From the NCBI GenBank assembly GCA_963703055.1, contig OY969784.1:992872-1056871 (forward strand): 64,000 nucleotides of DNA. The letters run 5' to 3'. This document shows, in pieces, positions 9,551 to 20,552 of the stretch (the first letter of the stretch is position 1; the number at the start of each line of letters is the position of its first letter). The position numbers and the translations under genes were made by a program. The notes under the pieces were generated by a model, which worked only from the letters and a program-made list of their open reading frames with translations, did no database searches and was not told the DNA's origin. Origin of the DNA: an uncultured Alphaproteobacteria bacterium. Lineage in GTDB: Bacteria; Pseudomonadota; Alphaproteobacteria; Sphingomonadales; Sphingomonadaceae.

Positions 9551-11851
9551 CTATGCGGCAGAGGAGTTAATTCGAGGTATCTTTTTTGAGTGGGCAGCCG
9601 ACCGAAACTGCCAACTTGCACCGTTCAGTTGAAGCGGTTGGTCCTGGGAAAACCGATGGGAGGCATTCTGCCCGGCGGCGCCACGGGCCGCGCGCCACGG
9701 CGACAGATCCGTTTCCGTTCGGACCCGTCCGCTCTCGCCGCCGAGCACCCAACTGAGGCCGTCTTCGAGCTTGAACGCGACTGTGTCGCTCAATCCGCCA
9801 TCGCGGTACCGCTGAAGCACAACCCCCTGCCCGCGCGTGAGCTCGGGAAGCTCCGACAGGGAAAAGATCAGCATCTTTCGATTTTCACCGATCACTGCAA
9901 CGGCATCTGCAGTTTGCGAAATGGTTCGCACAACCCGAACCGCGGCCGACGGACGAAGGTTTACGAGCTGCTTGCCCTTGCGTGTTTCCGCAATGGTCGA
10001 ATCTCCGGTCGCAATAAAACCCCGTCCATCAGTTGAAGCAATGAGGAGGCTTGTCTCAGGTCGAGCGATTAGCAGCGTCACGATTTCGACGTCGGCCTCG
10101 AGATCGATAAAGAGCCGGACCGGTTCGCCGAAACCTCTGGCACTCGGAAGCTTGTCTGCAGCAAGCGTGTAGACCCGGCCGTTTGATGCGAACAGCGCAA
10201 GCCGATCGGTCGTCTGGGCGTGGAAATGGATGAAGGACGCATCGCCCTCGCGCCACTTGAGATCAGCAACCTGCTCGAGTGGGAGATGGCCCTTCATCGC
10301 GCGAATCCACCCACGTTGAGAGAGGATTACGGTAATCGGCTCCTTTTCGATCATCGCTGACCAGTCGATTTCGCGAGGAACCGCAGCGAGCTCGATTTTG
10401 GTTCGCCGCTCGTCGCCGAATTTCTCCTTAAGGATCGAGAGATCCTTTTTGAGCCTCGTCCGCTGCCGGTCGCGGCTGTTGACCAGCTTTTCGAGGTCGT
10501 CGCGCTCTTTTGAAAGATTTGCCCGTTCGCGACCGATCTCCATTTCCTCAAGCCGGCGCAGAGATCTCAGTCGCATGTTCAAAATTGCCTCGGCCTGTCG
10601 GTCGAGGAGTGAAAATTCTTCCATCAGAATGGGTTTGGGCTCGTCTCTTGTGCGGATGATTTCGATCACTCGGTCCAAGTTCAGAAAAGCGATGAGGAAC
10701 CCGTCGAGGATCTCAAGCCGCTCGTCGATTTTGCTAATCCGCACTTGGCTGCGACGCACCAAAACCTCGAACTGGAACGCAAGCCAAGCCGCAAGCGACT
10801 CCTTGAGGCTCATGACGCCCGGAGTCCGGCTTGCATCGAGAACATTGAGGTTGAGCGGAAATCGGATTTCGAGATCGGTCAGCCGATAAAGACTTTCAAG
10901 GAGGAGGTCGGGATCGACTGTCCGGGCACGAGGCTCGAGCACCAGACGGACCCGCTCGTCGCTTTCGTCCTTCACATCGGCAAGGATCGGAAGTTTCTTG
11001 TCGCCAATGAGCTGGGCGATCTGTTCGATCAGCTTGGCCTTTGGAACTCCATAAGGGATTTCGCTGACCAGCAGATGCCAACTACCGCCCTTTTCGCGTT
11101 CGACCGTGACTGTCGCCCTCAAGCGGAATGAGCCGCGTCCGCTGATATAAGCGCGAGCGATCGTGTCTTGATCATCAACCATCACTCCGCCGGTTGGAAA
11201 GTCGGGCCCTTTGACGAAATTCAAAAGAGCACGATCATCAATTTTCGGATCGTCGATGAGGGCCATCGAAGCATCGATCAGCTCGCTCACATTATGCGGC
11301 GGAATCGAGGTCGCCATCCCAACCGCAATACCGCTCGCCCCATTGGCCAGCAGATTTGGAAAAAGACCGGGGAAAACTTCCGGCTCCTCTTCTTCGTTGT
11401 TGTAAGTTGGCCGAAAATCGACCGTTCCCTCGTCGAGGCCGCTCATCAGCTGCATTGCAACGGGGGTGAGCCGCGCTTCGGTGTAGCGATAGGCGGCGGC
11501 ATTATCGCCGTCGATGTTTCCAAAGTTCCCCTGGCCGTCGACGAGCGGATAGCGAAGCGCAAAATCCTGAGCGAGCCGGACCATCGCGTCATAGACCGAC
11601 TGGTCGCCATGGGGATGATATTTGCCGATGACGTCACCGACCACCCGGGCCGATTTCTTGTAGGCCCCCGACGGATCCAATCGTAGAAGCCGCATTGCCC
11701 AGAGAAGCCGGCGGTGGACCGGCTTTAGGCCATCACGCACATCAGGGAGTGAGCGCGCAGTGATCGTCGAAAGCGCATAAACAAGATACCTCTCGGACAA
11801 AGCGGCATCGAACGGGGTTTCAATTACGGAAGAAAGATCAACATCGGCCAT
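9551..11851 (-). CDS. parC: DNA topoisomerase IV subunit A. The last ~25 codons are out of frame; the true stop is probably 9625-9627.
   Basis: [31 protein letters not shown] and YRYTEARL (active-site Tyr). The canonical C-terminus [15 protein letters not shown] is read in the +1 frame after the CCC run at 9671-9673. Confidence 0.95.
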   Translation of the reverse strand: MADVDLSSVIETPFDAALSERYLVYALSTITARSLPDVRDGLKPVHRRLLWAMRLLRLDPSGAYKKSARVVGDVIGKYHPHGDQSVYDAMVRLAQDFALRYPLVDGQGNFGNIDGDNAAAYRYTEARLTPVAMQLMSGLDEGTVDFRPTYNNEEEEPEVFPGLFPNLLANGASGIAVGMATSIPPHNVSELIDASMALIDDPKIDDRALLNFVKGPDFPTGGVMVDDQDTIARAYISGRGSFRLRATVTVEREKGGSWHLLVSEIPYGVPKAKLIEQIAQLIGDKKLPILADVKDESDERVRLVLEPRARTVDPDLLLESLYRLTDLEIRFPLNLNVLDASRTPGVMSLKESLAAWLAFQFEVLVRRSQVRISKIDERLEILDGFLIAFLNLDRVIEIIRTRDEPKPILMEEFSLLDRQAEAILNMRLRSLRRLEEMEIGRERANLSKERDDLEKLVNSRDRQRTRLKKDLSILKEKFGDERRTKIELAAVPREIDWSAMIEKEPITVILSQRGWIRAMKGHLPLEQVADLKWREGDASFIHFHAQTTDRLALFASNGRVYTLAADKLPSARGFGEPVRLFIDLEADVEIVTLLIARPETSLLIASTDGRGFIATGDSTIAETRKGKQLVNLRPSAAVRVVRTISQTADAVAVIGENRKMLIFSLSELPELTRGQGVVLQRYRDGGLSDTVAFKLEDGLSWVLGGESGRVRTETDLSPWRAARGAAGQNASHRFSQDQPLQLNGASWQFRSAAHSKKIPRINSSAA

Positions 11852-11919
11852 TTTTGATGCCTAGCAAGCGCGTGAGCGGCTTGCCACAGCTACCGCGGCA
11901 AACGAGCGACCAACGGTCC

Positions 11920-12861
11920 TCAGGGCCGGGCCTGCGGCCAGCCTCCAGCCCAATCGTCAAGCGCGCGCTGCATTTCGCTCGTGAGCCAATCTCGGAAGCG
12001 TTTCACCTTTGGAACATTGCGCCGTTCCTTTGGATAGACCAGCCAATAAGCCCATCCTCGCGTTGAAATTTTGTCAGGAAACGGAGTGCAGAGACGCCGC
12101 GCGGCGACATCCCCTTTCCAGAGAATGGGTGTCAGAAGTGCCAAACCCTGTCCCGCCATCGCCGCATGACCCTCGTCGGCCTGACTGTCGAGCCGAACTC
12201 CGGGTCGCGAAAAAAGCCCCTCGTCGATGCGAACGCCATTATCGGCAAACCATTGCTGCCACCAATCGTCGCTTGGATTGATCAGATGTTGTCTGGGCAA
12301 GTCCGCAGGATTGAGTTTTCGTCCGAGCTTCATTTCGATTTCGGCAAGACATTCCGGGCTCGCCATCGGGGTAAAGCTCGATTTGAACAGTTCGTGCTGG
12401 TCAAGGCCCTCCCACGCTCCCCGACCGGCCCGAATGGCGACATCCGCTTCTCCGGTCGAAAGATCGACAAGATCGTTGCTCGTCGTCATTCGGACCGCGA
12501 GTTCCGGATGGTCGATCTGAAATGCTCCAAGCCGCCATGCAAGCCAGGTGTTTGCAAACGTATGCGTCGTGGTGATCGTGAGAAGGGCTTCATCGTCTTC
12601 GCGATAGGCTGCAAACGCCGTCTCAAGGGTGTCGAACGCACTCTCCAGCGACGGAAGTAGCCGCAAACCGAGGCTCGTCAGCCGCACCCGACCCTTCTCA
12701 CGCAGGAACAGGGGAGCTCCAAGCCGTTCCTCGAGGCTCTTTACCTGGTATGAAACCGCAGCCTGAGTCATCCCGAGCTCGGCAGCTGCTGCGGTGAAAT
12801 TCTCGGCTCTTGCGGCCGCTTCGAACGCGCGGATTGAAGCCAGTGGAGGAAGTCGCCGCAT
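11920..12861 (-). CDS. LysR-family transcriptional regulator (GcvA-like)
   Basis: N-terminal wHTH (LRAFEAAARAENFTAAAAELGMTQAAVSYQVKSLE) plus a LysR substrate domain. Confidence 0.9.
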   Translation of the reverse strand: MRRLPPLASIRAFEAAARAENFTAAAAELGMTQAAVSYQVKSLEERLGAPLFLREKGRVRLTSLGLRLLPSLESAFDTLETAFAAYREDDEALLTITTTHTFANTWLAWRLGAFQIDHPELAVRMTTSNDLVDLSTGEADVAIRAGRGAWEGLDQHELFKSSFTPMASPECLAEIEMKLGRKLNPADLPRQHLINPSDDWWQQWFADNGVRIDEGLFSRPGVRLDSQADEGHAAMAGQGLALLTPILWKGDVAARRLCTPFPDKISTRGWAYWLVYPKERRNVPKVKRFRDWLTSEMQRALDDWAGGWPQARP

Positions 12862-12872
12862 CCGCCAGAGCT

Positions 12873-12887
12873 ATAAGGACAAGTTAT
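12873..12887. promoter_or_regulatory. candidate LysR (T-N11-A) box ATAAGGACAAGTTAT
   Basis: ATAA-N7-TTAT dyad 12 bp upstream of the LysR start codon, in the divergent intergenic region. Confidence 0.4.
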
Positions 12888-13067
12888 TGCCCCTGTCGAG
12901 GGATTGATTGGCGAAGAACCTCGCTGATTCATAAGTACAGCTGAGGTCGCCGGCGGTCTTCTCCCCTCCCCTCCAAGCCGGATCGCCGGCGACGCGTATC
13001 ACGAGAATTGGGGTATCGCTGGTTCGCGTGATTTTGAACCAATCCATTCGAAGAAAGGATGCTGACG

Positions 13068-13244
13068 ATGGTCGACGAACTTCATGACCGGAATTATCAG
13101 GCGGCTCGCAACCATTTGAACCATGCGATTGCACAACTGCTTGGAAGCGCTGTTCGCAGTGTCCTTAATGCCTTCGTTGTGCTCAACCGGATCGAATATT
13201 CATCGCCCTGGGCTGCACGAGGGCCCAAGGCGAAGTCCTTCTAA
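13068..13244 (+). CDS. hypothetical small protein (58 aa)
   Basis: ORF divergent from the LysR gene. AAGGA lies 8 nt upstream of ATG 13068. No recognisable family. Confidence 0.3.
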   Translation: MVDELHDRNYQAARNHLNHAIAQLLGSAVRSVLNAFVVLNRIEYSSPWAARGPKAKSF

Positions 13245-13413
13245 TCCGAACTGAGTAATCTTCGGTTTGCCGCCGTTCCGATCAGAATATGCGAGGCTCG
13301 GCGGCAAAACAGTTAAGCAAGCAAAATCAACCCTTTGTCGAAACGAGGGCTTGCGCGAGAAACTCTACCCCCTAGGCTTTGAGGTTCATCCAAGCCGGCC
13401 GGGGATATTTTCA

Positions 13414-16281
13414 GTGCTGCTCAAGTCGTTCGTTTTGCGCGCCAACTGCGCAATCATCGCGATTGCTCTTGCGGGCATTGTTTCGCCTCCGGCGCTGGGC
13501 GCTCCTCTTCACGAAGACCAAGCAAATGGATGGGGAATTCACTTAACCGACGTAAGCCCCGACCCTTCGATCAGCTACGGTGTTCTTCCCAACGGAATGA
13601 AATACGCGATCATGCGCAATGCGACGCCAAAGGGGACAGCGTCGGTGCGGCTTCAGATTGCTTTTGGTTCGATCGGCGAAACTGAAAACCAACGCGGACT
13701 TGCGCATTTCATCGAGCACATGGCGTTCAATGGAAGCACCCATGTGCCGGAAGGCGACATGGTCAAAATCCTCGAGCGGCAAGGACTGGCCTTCGGACCG
13801 GACACCAATGCAGTCACTGGGTTCGACACCACGACCTACATGCTCGAACTGCCCAAGGTCGACGACGAGCACATCGACACGGCAATGTTCCTCTTCCGAG
13901 AAGTCGCAAGCGAGCTCAAATTCGATCCGGGGGCGGTCGACCGTCAGCGCTCCGTCATTCTTGGAGAGGAGCGCGCCCGAGACAATTTCCAGTACCATCA
14001 GGTCGTAAATCTGCTCGGCTTCGACGTTCCTCAAACGCCCTATCCCAATCGGCTTCCGATTGGGCTCGACGCGGTTCTCAAAAGCGCGTCGCCGGCGATG
14101 ATCCGCAGCCTTTATGATCGTTACTATCGTCCCGAGAACGCCACGCTCGTCTTTGTAGGCGATGCCGATCCTGCCGCGGTCGAAGCCAAGATCAGAAAGA
14201 CATTTAGTGACTGGGCTGGTGTCGGGCCGGCCGGACCGGCGCTTCCGTGGGGATCCGTCGATCTCACTCGTCCGCAATCCTTTTCAACATTTGTTGATCC
14301 CGCAGTTACAACGAGCGTCAACTACACGATCACCCGCCCCTGGAAGGACCCTTCCGACACTCTTGCTGAGCGTCGCCATCTGCTTGCCCAGGGACTTGCA
14401 ATCGCAATGTTCAACCGGCGGCTTCAAAGGCTCGTCGAGGAACCCAGTTCATCGCTTCTGGGCGGTGGAATGGGTGCTGACGAGGACCGCAACGCGGCTT
14501 TGCTGACGAGCCTCAGCATTTCGGCGAAGGACGGGGATTGGAAGGATGCCTTGAGGACGGCGGAGCAAGAAGTTCGCCGTGCGCTCCAATATGGTTTTAC
14601 TTCAGGGGAGCTGAAGGTTCAGCTCGCCAATTCGAGTGGTGCACTCAAGATTGCAGTGCAACAGGAGGGCACGCGGTCGAATCGAGCCCTTGCGAGCGAG
14701 ATTCTCGGCGTCGTTGGAACCCATGACTTCATCACCACTCCAAAGTTCGATGAAGCCGAGTTCGAACCCATTGCGAAAACCATCACCCCGGCAGAAGTTG
14801 ATCGGGCATTTCGTGAACTGTGGACCGGCAGCGCACCGCTGATCCACGTCAGTTCAAAGACCAATATCTCAACAGACGAGCTCGCCGAGGCCTTCGACGC
14901 GAGCCGCCAAGTCGCACTTGCCGCTCCCAAAGACAATGCAACGGAGGCCTTTGCCTACGCAAACTTTGGGAAGTCAGGAACGATCGCGTTCGATCGACGG
15001 AATGCCGACCTTGGCGTCCGCACGGTTCGGTTCGCCAACAATGTTCGGCTCAATATCAAAAAGACCGATTTCGAAGCCGGAAAGGTCCGCTTCATCGTTC
15101 GCCTAGGCGACGGAATTCTCGATCTTCCAAAGAATGAGCCTGGGCTTGCACCCATGATGACCATGACTTCGGCTGCCGGGGGCCTGAAAAAGCAATCGCT
15201 GCAGCAGCTCCAGGAGCTTCTTGCCGGGAAAATGATCACTGTCGGGACCAGCGTCGAGGAGGATGCGTTCGTCGCGAGCGGAGCGACCACACCGCAGGAT
15301 CTCCCGCTCCAGATGAAGGTGAGCGCAGCCTACCTGCTCGATCCTGGATATCGCGATGAAGCGGCCCACAAGTGGACCGAATCTCTCCCGATCATCGAAA
15401 AGCAGGTCGACGCAGAACCCGAGACCGTTGCCGGAGTTCGCGTTCCAATCTTGCTTGCCGGAGGCGATCAACGGTTCGGAATTCCCGCAACTGCCATTTT
15501 GTCTAAGCGGAACTTCAACGAGGCGAAAGCGGCGCTCGCGCCGATCATCGCGTCGGCCCCGATTGAAATCACAATCGTCGGCGATGTTGACGAAAATGCA
15601 GCGATCGCGGCGGTCGCGTCGAGTTTCGGGGCGCTTCCCACGCGAAAACTCATTCAATCCATCTCGCCTTCAGTTCGGAAAGCGGAATTTCGAACCAGCC
15701 GAAGTCCCATCGTTCTCACCCATGACGGACCTTTGAACAAAGCGGTCGTCGAAGCCGTCTGGCCCACGACCGACGATTCTAACTACCGCGAGGTTCTCGG
15801 GCTGGAACTCCTCAAGGATGTTCTTGACGTCATGCTAACCGACAGCGTTCGCGAGCAACTCGGTGACAGCTATGGCGTCGACCTCCAAAATGCGATGTCG
15901 AGATCATTTCGAGGGTTCGGGTATCTCTCCGCTTCGGCGATCATCGATCCCGGTAAGACGGCCGAAGTCCAACATGCGATCGAAGTGGCTGCGGCAAAGC
16001 TGCGCGACGAGCCGGTCAGTGCCGATATCCTCGAACGCGCTCGCAATCCGGAGCTCGAGAGAGCCGACCATGCGTTGAGGGATAATGGATATTGGCTTTC
16101 GGCACTCGAGCAGGCGCAAAGCGACCCGGCTCGCCTCAGCAGAATTGGGCAGCGACGAGCCATTCTTTTGTCGATTACTCCTGCCGACATCCAGAGGCTC
16201 GCCCGGAAATATTTGGAAGAGAGGCATCTTCAGGAAGTCCGAATTGTGAGCGGCAAGCTCGCAACCACCGCCGCGCGCTAG
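13414..16281 (+). CDS. M16-family zinc peptidase (insulinase/PqqL-like), secreted
   Basis: HFIEHMAFNGS (HxxEH) motif. Two M16 halves. A signal-peptide-like N-terminus follows GTG 13414 (VLLKSFVLRANCAIIAIALAG..ALGA). Confidence 0.9.
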   Translation: MLLKSFVLRANCAIIAIALAGIVSPPALGAPLHEDQANGWGIHLTDVSPDPSISYGVLPNGMKYAIMRNATPKGTASVRLQIAFGSIGETENQRGLAHFIEHMAFNGSTHVPEGDMVKILERQGLAFGPDTNAVTGFDTTTYMLELPKVDDEHIDTAMFLFREVASELKFDPGAVDRQRSVILGEERARDNFQYHQVVNLLGFDVPQTPYPNRLPIGLDAVLKSASPAMIRSLYDRYYRPENATLVFVGDADPAAVEAKIRKTFSDWAGVGPAGPALPWGSVDLTRPQSFSTFVDPAVTTSVNYTITRPWKDPSDTLAERRHLLAQGLAIAMFNRRLQRLVEEPSSSLLGGGMGADEDRNAALLTSLSISAKDGDWKDALRTAEQEVRRALQYGFTSGELKVQLANSSGALKIAVQQEGTRSNRALASEILGVVGTHDFITTPKFDEAEFEPIAKTITPAEVDRAFRELWTGSAPLIHVSSKTNISTDELAEAFDASRQVALAAPKDNATEAFAYANFGKSGTIAFDRRNADLGVRTVRFANNVRLNIKKTDFEAGKVRFIVRLGDGILDLPKNEPGLAPMMTMTSAAGGLKKQSLQQLQELLAGKMITVGTSVEEDAFVASGATTPQDLPLQMKVSAAYLLDPGYRDEAAHKWTESLPIIEKQVDAEPETVAGVRVPILLAGGDQRFGIPATAILSKRNFNEAKAALAPIIASAPIEITIVGDVDENAAIAAVASSFGALPTRKLIQSISPSVRKAEFRTSRSPIVLTHDGPLNKAVVEAVWPTTDDSNYREVLGLELLKDVLDVMLTDSVREQLGDSYGVDLQNAMSRSFRGFGYLSASAIIDPGKTAEVQHAIEVAAAKLRDEPVSADILERARNPELERADHALRDNGYWLSALEQAQSDPARLSRIGQRRAILLSITPADIQRLARKYLEERHLQEVRIVSGKLATTAAR

Positions 16282-16347
16282 CGTCAATTGCGGTCGGCGG
16301 GCTGCTCGCCTATAGCCGCTGCACTTTTTCCATCTTTCGTCGGAGTG

Positions 16348-17136
16348 ATGCGAACTGTGGCTCGCCGCCGCCAGATCTATGAGGGCAAGGCCAAGATCCT
16401 GTACGAGGGTCCGGAGCCAGGTACGCTCATTCAATATTTCAAGGACGACGCGACCGCGTTCAACGCGCAGAAACGCGGTACGATCAGCGGCAAGGGCGTC
16501 ATCAACAACCGAATCTCGGAGCATATTTTTACAGCGCTTCAGACCATTGGAGTTCCAACGCATTTCATTCGCCGCCTCAACATGCGCGAGCAGCTCATTC
16601 GTCAGGTCGAGATCATCCCGATCGAGATCGTTATCAGAAATGTTGCCGCTGGTTCTCTTTCGAAGCGGCTTGGAATCGAAGAAGGCACTCAGCTCCCTCG
16701 AACGATTATCGAATATTATTACAAGGACGATGCTCTTGGCGATCCGATGATCGCGGACGAGCATATCGCCTGCTTTGGCTGGGCTACGCAAGATGAGATG
16801 AACGACATCGCCGATATGGCGATCCGGGTGAACGACTTCCTTTGCGGAATGTTTTCGGCGATCGGAATTCGTCTGGTCGACTTCAAGCTCGAGTTCGGGC
16901 GAGTTTGGGACGGAGACTATGGCCGGGTCATACTCGCCGACGAAATCAGCCCCGACGGATGTCGTTTGTGGGACGTTAAGACGAACCAAAAGCTCGACAA
17001 GGATCGCTTCCGTCAGGACCTTGGTGGAGTCGAGGAAGCCTATCAGGAAGTCGCGCGGCGCCTCGGCCTTCTTCGCGACGACGACGAGTTCGCGGTTCTC
17101 GACTTCGACACTCATCGTAAAAAGCGCGGTCGCTGA
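16348..17136 (+). CDS. purC: phosphoribosylaminoimidazole-succinocarboxamide synthase
   Basis: [19 protein letters not shown]...FKDD..AFN...KG. GGAG SD before ATG 16348. Confidence 0.95.
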   Translation: MRTVARRRQIYEGKAKILYEGPEPGTLIQYFKDDATAFNAQKRGTISGKGVINNRISEHIFTALQTIGVPTHFIRRLNMREQLIRQVEIIPIEIVIRNVAAGSLSKRLGIEEGTQLPRTIIEYYYKDDALGDPMIADEHIACFGWATQDEMNDIADMAIRVNDFLCGMFSAIGIRLVDFKLEFGRVWDGDYGRVILADEISPDGCRLWDVKTNQKLDKDRFRQDLGGVEEAYQEVARRLGLLRDDDEFAVLDFDTHRKKRGR

Positions 17137-17337
17137 GCGCCGATTGAAACGTTCCTGACGCCCGCCGCATTTTAAATGAAGGGCCGTCGTCCCCCTTGTC
17201 GAAATTCCCCCATTCGGGCCTGACCGTTATCGTCGGTGAACTTCATGTCCGAAGTTCGGCGTTCATCATCAAGTCTTGCGACGAAGACCGAGAACTCGCT
17301 GTTGCCAAGTGTCGCTTCGCATTCGATTGAGACCATC

Positions 17338-19500
17338 ATGAAGCGGGTCCGCGTCGTCACTTTGAATGCTGCCCTTGGACCGCTCGATTATCGCGTTCCC
17401 GACGAAACGAACGTCGAGCCGGGCTCGATCGTGATTGCGCCAGTTGGCCCGAGGCAGCTTCTTGGAATTGTTTGGGACTTCGACCGGCTGCATTCTAACG
17501 AGGTTCCGGACGAGCGACTAAGGCCGCTGGTCCGCGCCGTCAGTGCACGTCCGATCGGCTCAGCGCTGAGGCGTCTTTGCGAGTGGACGGCCGATTATTA
17601 TCTCGCCTCTCTCGCCTCAGTTCTTCGGATGGTCGTGCCGTCATCAGCAGCGCTCGAAGGCCCGCGACAGCTTACCGAGTATCGCCTCACAGGGACTGTT
17701 CCCGAGCGCCTCACTCCAAAGCGCGAAAAAGCTCTTGCAGGGCTTGAGGGGCGCCAGGGAACGCTGCGTGACCTTGGCCGCTACGCAAACGTCAGCGAAG
17801 CCGTTCTCCGAGGTCTTTTGAATACCGGTGCGCTCGAAGCCGTTCGAGTCGACGCGGACATTGCCCTCGATGTTCCCGATCCCGATTTCGCCGAGCCCCA
17901 GTTCAACGATGACCAATCGAGCGCTGCCGAGAGCCTTACGGCCTCGATCGACCACGGCTTCGACCCGGTTCTACTCGATGGAGTCACCGGTTCTGGAAAG
18001 ACCGAAGTCTATTTCGAGGCGATTGCCCAATGCATTCGCAAGAAACGACAGGCGCTTGTTCTCCTTCCGGAAATCGCTCTGACCGAACCCTTCCTCAAGC
18101 GATTTGAAGCCCGTTTCGGCTGTGCTCCGGTTGCCTGGCATTCGGACCTTCGCTCATCGCAGCGGCGCCGGGCGTGGCGAGCGGTTGCAAGCGGCGAGGC
18201 TCTTGTCACGGTGGGTGCGCGTTCGGCTCTCTTTCTTCCCTATGCTGAGCTTGGGCTCATTATTGTCGACGAAGCTCACGAGCCAAGCTTCAAGCAGGAA
18301 GAGGGAGTCCAGTACCACGCACGCGACACGGCCGTGATGCGTGCGAAATTCGAAGATATTCCGATCATTCTCTCCACTGCAACTCCGCCCATCGAGACGC
18401 GGCAGATGGTTGAGCTCGGGCGTTATCGAGAACTCTCGCTCCCCAAGAGATTTGCAGGCGCTCAGATGCCGCAAATCCGGGCGATCGATCTCACTCGGGA
18501 CAGCCCGCCAAGGGGCCGATGGCTCGCCCCCGAGCTGGTCCGTGAACTTCAGCTCAACCTTGAGCGCAACGAGCAATCTTTGCTGTTTCTCAACCGACGA
18601 GGCTATGCGCCGCTTACGCTCTGCCGGCATTGCGGTCATCGCTTCCAGTGCCCGAACTGCACCGCCTGGATGGTCGAACATCGCCTCGTCCACCGTCTTG
18701 CCTGCCACCATTGCGGCTATCTCATCGAACCCCCCAAGGCGTGTCCTGAGTGCAAGGCGGAGGATAGTCTCGTGCCTTGCGGTCCGGGTGTCGAGAGAAT
18801 TGCCGACGAGGTTGCCGACCTTTTCCCGAACGCACGCGTAGCGATCGTAACGTCAGATACGATCTGGTCGCCTCCACGAGCGGCACAGTTCGTTGCGGCG
18901 ATGGATGCGGGCACGATCGATCTGGTGATCGGGACCCAGCTCGTCACCAAGGGCTATCATTTTCCCAATCTCACACTGGTTGGGGTGGTGGATGCGGACC
19001 TTGGCCTTTCCGGCGGAGATCTCAGGGCCGCTGAAAGAAGCTTCCAGCAGATCCAGCAGGTTGCCGGACGCGCCGGTCGCGGAGACAAGCCGGGAAGAGT
19101 TCTGGTTCAAACTCATGATCCCACGGCACCGGTGATTGCGGCCCTCGTTTCCGGCGACGTCCGGGGCTTTTACGATGCCGAAACGCAGGCGCGCCGGGAT
19201 GCGTCCATGCCACCGTTCGGTCGACTTGCAGCAATTATCATCTCTGCAGAGGATTCAAGCGAAGCCGAAACAGCGGCCAGGCTGATCGGAAGTCGCGCGC
19301 CCGCTGCCGAGGGACTTGCAGTCTTTGGCCCCGCGCCCGCTCCTCTTGCGATGCTTCGCGGTCGCCATCGCCAAAGGGTCTTGGTCCATGCGCGGCGAAG
19401 TCTCGATATTCAGGACTTAATCCGCAATTGGTTGGAGGAGACAGACTGGAGCCCGAAGGTTCGGGTGAGTGTCGATGTCGATCCTTACAGCTTTCTCTAA
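17338..19500 (+). CDS. priA: primosomal replication protein N' (helicase PriA)
   Basis: Walker A GVTGSGKTEVY, DEAH-like VDEAHE, Cys-rich zinc region CRHCGHRFQCPNC...CHHCG...CPECK. Confidence 0.9.
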   Translation: MKRVRVVTLNAALGPLDYRVPDETNVEPGSIVIAPVGPRQLLGIVWDFDRLHSNEVPDERLRPLVRAVSARPIGSALRRLCEWTADYYLASLASVLRMVVPSSAALEGPRQLTEYRLTGTVPERLTPKREKALAGLEGRQGTLRDLGRYANVSEAVLRGLLNTGALEAVRVDADIALDVPDPDFAEPQFNDDQSSAAESLTASIDHGFDPVLLDGVTGSGKTEVYFEAIAQCIRKKRQALVLLPEIALTEPFLKRFEARFGCAPVAWHSDLRSSQRRRAWRAVASGEALVTVGARSALFLPYAELGLIIVDEAHEPSFKQEEGVQYHARDTAVMRAKFEDIPIILSTATPPIETRQMVELGRYRELSLPKRFAGAQMPQIRAIDLTRDSPPRGRWLAPELVRELQLNLERNEQSLLFLNRRGYAPLTLCRHCGHRFQCPNCTAWMVEHRLVHRLACHHCGYLIEPPKACPECKAEDSLVPCGPGVERIADEVADLFPNARVAIVTSDTIWSPPRAAQFVAAMDAGTIDLVIGTQLVTKGYHFPNLTLVGVVDADLGLSGGDLRAAERSFQQIQQVAGRAGRGDKPGRVLVQTHDPTAPVIAALVSGDVRGFYDAETQARRDASMPPFGRLAAIIISAEDSSEAETAARLIGSRAPAAEGLAVFGPAPAPLAMLRGRHRQRVLVHARRSLDIQDLIRNWLEETDWSPKVRVSVDVDPYSFL

Positions 19501-19579
19501 AAAGACCCGAAACGCCGTCACGATTTTTCGCGGCTTTTGGAAAAACAGCTCCGCTTCGATCGTCGATGCGAAGCCTGCC

Positions 19580-20491
19580 CTAAGCCAACACGTTATCGGA
19601 ATTTGGCCTTTTCTGTCGCACCCATCGGGGCGCAATGACTTCGCCTCTTTTGATCGCGATCACCAGAAGAGCGACGCCGAACAGCGTTGCAATTACAATT
19701 GCAATGATCGAGGCCTCGAGACCGAACCCATTTCCAGTGAGCAAGGGCGGTCCATCGAGGCGGGCCACGACAAGTCCGTGAACGCTCGTTCCCGAAACCG
19801 GGATGTCGAAAATTTCCCCTTGAGCGAAATTCCAGGCTGCGTGAATTCCCATTGGAAGCCAGAGGCTCCGTGTCAGCATATAGGCAGCGCCGAGCATGAC
19901 GCCCGCTTCAAGTGCAATTCCGACGGCTGCAACTGCACTCGCGTGAGGATTGGCAAGATGAGCGGCTCCAAAAAACGCCGCAGTCAAAACGAGCGCGGCC
20001 CAACTTCCTCCAAATTCTTCGATCCATCGAAACAGAATCCCCCTGAACAGCATCTCTTCCGAAATCGCCGGGAAGATCGCACTGAGAATGAGCGCCGGGA
20101 CAAAATCGCTCCAATCGCCTTTGCCAACAAGATGGTAGACTCCAAGGAGAGCGGCGATTGCGACAACGACGGCGAACAAGATCAGACCCGCTCCAACACC
20201 CGTGGACAGTCTGGAAAGGGCTCCTGGCAGTCTTAGATCGTCTTTGGGATGCTCTCCCAAATGCCGGATTACGAGCTTGTAGAGGATGATTAACAGGACG
20301 GCGCAAAGAATGTCGAACTTCATTGCCGTTTTGACACCAGCAATCGGGGGCACGAGCTGTATCGCAATGAAGCTCGAGACAACGCCGATCGCCACAACAA
20401 CTGCCACGGCAATGACCAGCGAAACGAGGGGGAAGTCGACGATTTTCCGCCACTTCGGCCGGTCGTCAGAGCCCGTTAGAATTTCTGACAC
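19580..20491 (-). CDS. CPBP-family intramembrane metalloprotease (CAAX protease-like)
   Basis: EEMLFRG, FGAAHLANP and HAAWNF motifs. Polytopic. Confidence 0.85.
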   Translation of the reverse strand: MSEILTGSDDRPKWRKIVDFPLVSLVIAVAVVVAIGVVSSFIAIQLVPPIAGVKTAMKFDILCAVLLIILYKLVIRHLGEHPKDDLRLPGALSRLSTGVGAGLILFAVVVAIAALLGVYHLVGKGDWSDFVPALILSAIFPAISEEMLFRGILFRWIEEFGGSWAALVLTAAFFGAAHLANPHASAVAAVGIALEAGVMLGAAYMLTRSLWLPMGIHAAWNFAQGEIFDIPVSGTSVHGLVVARLDGPPLLTGNGFGLEASIIAIVIATLFGVALLVIAIKRGEVIAPRWVRQKRPNSDNVLA

Positions 20492-20552
20492 CTTTACCTT
20501 CCCGCCGAGTGCGATCCGTTATTGAACACAACAGCGGTAGACCGGCAAGCAT

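Noticed and set aside
15904-17115. 403-aa minus-strand ORF.
   Set aside because: It is antisense to the 3' end of the M16 peptidase and to purC, both of which have clear family motifs. Its composition is shadow-ORF-like and it has no motif of its own.
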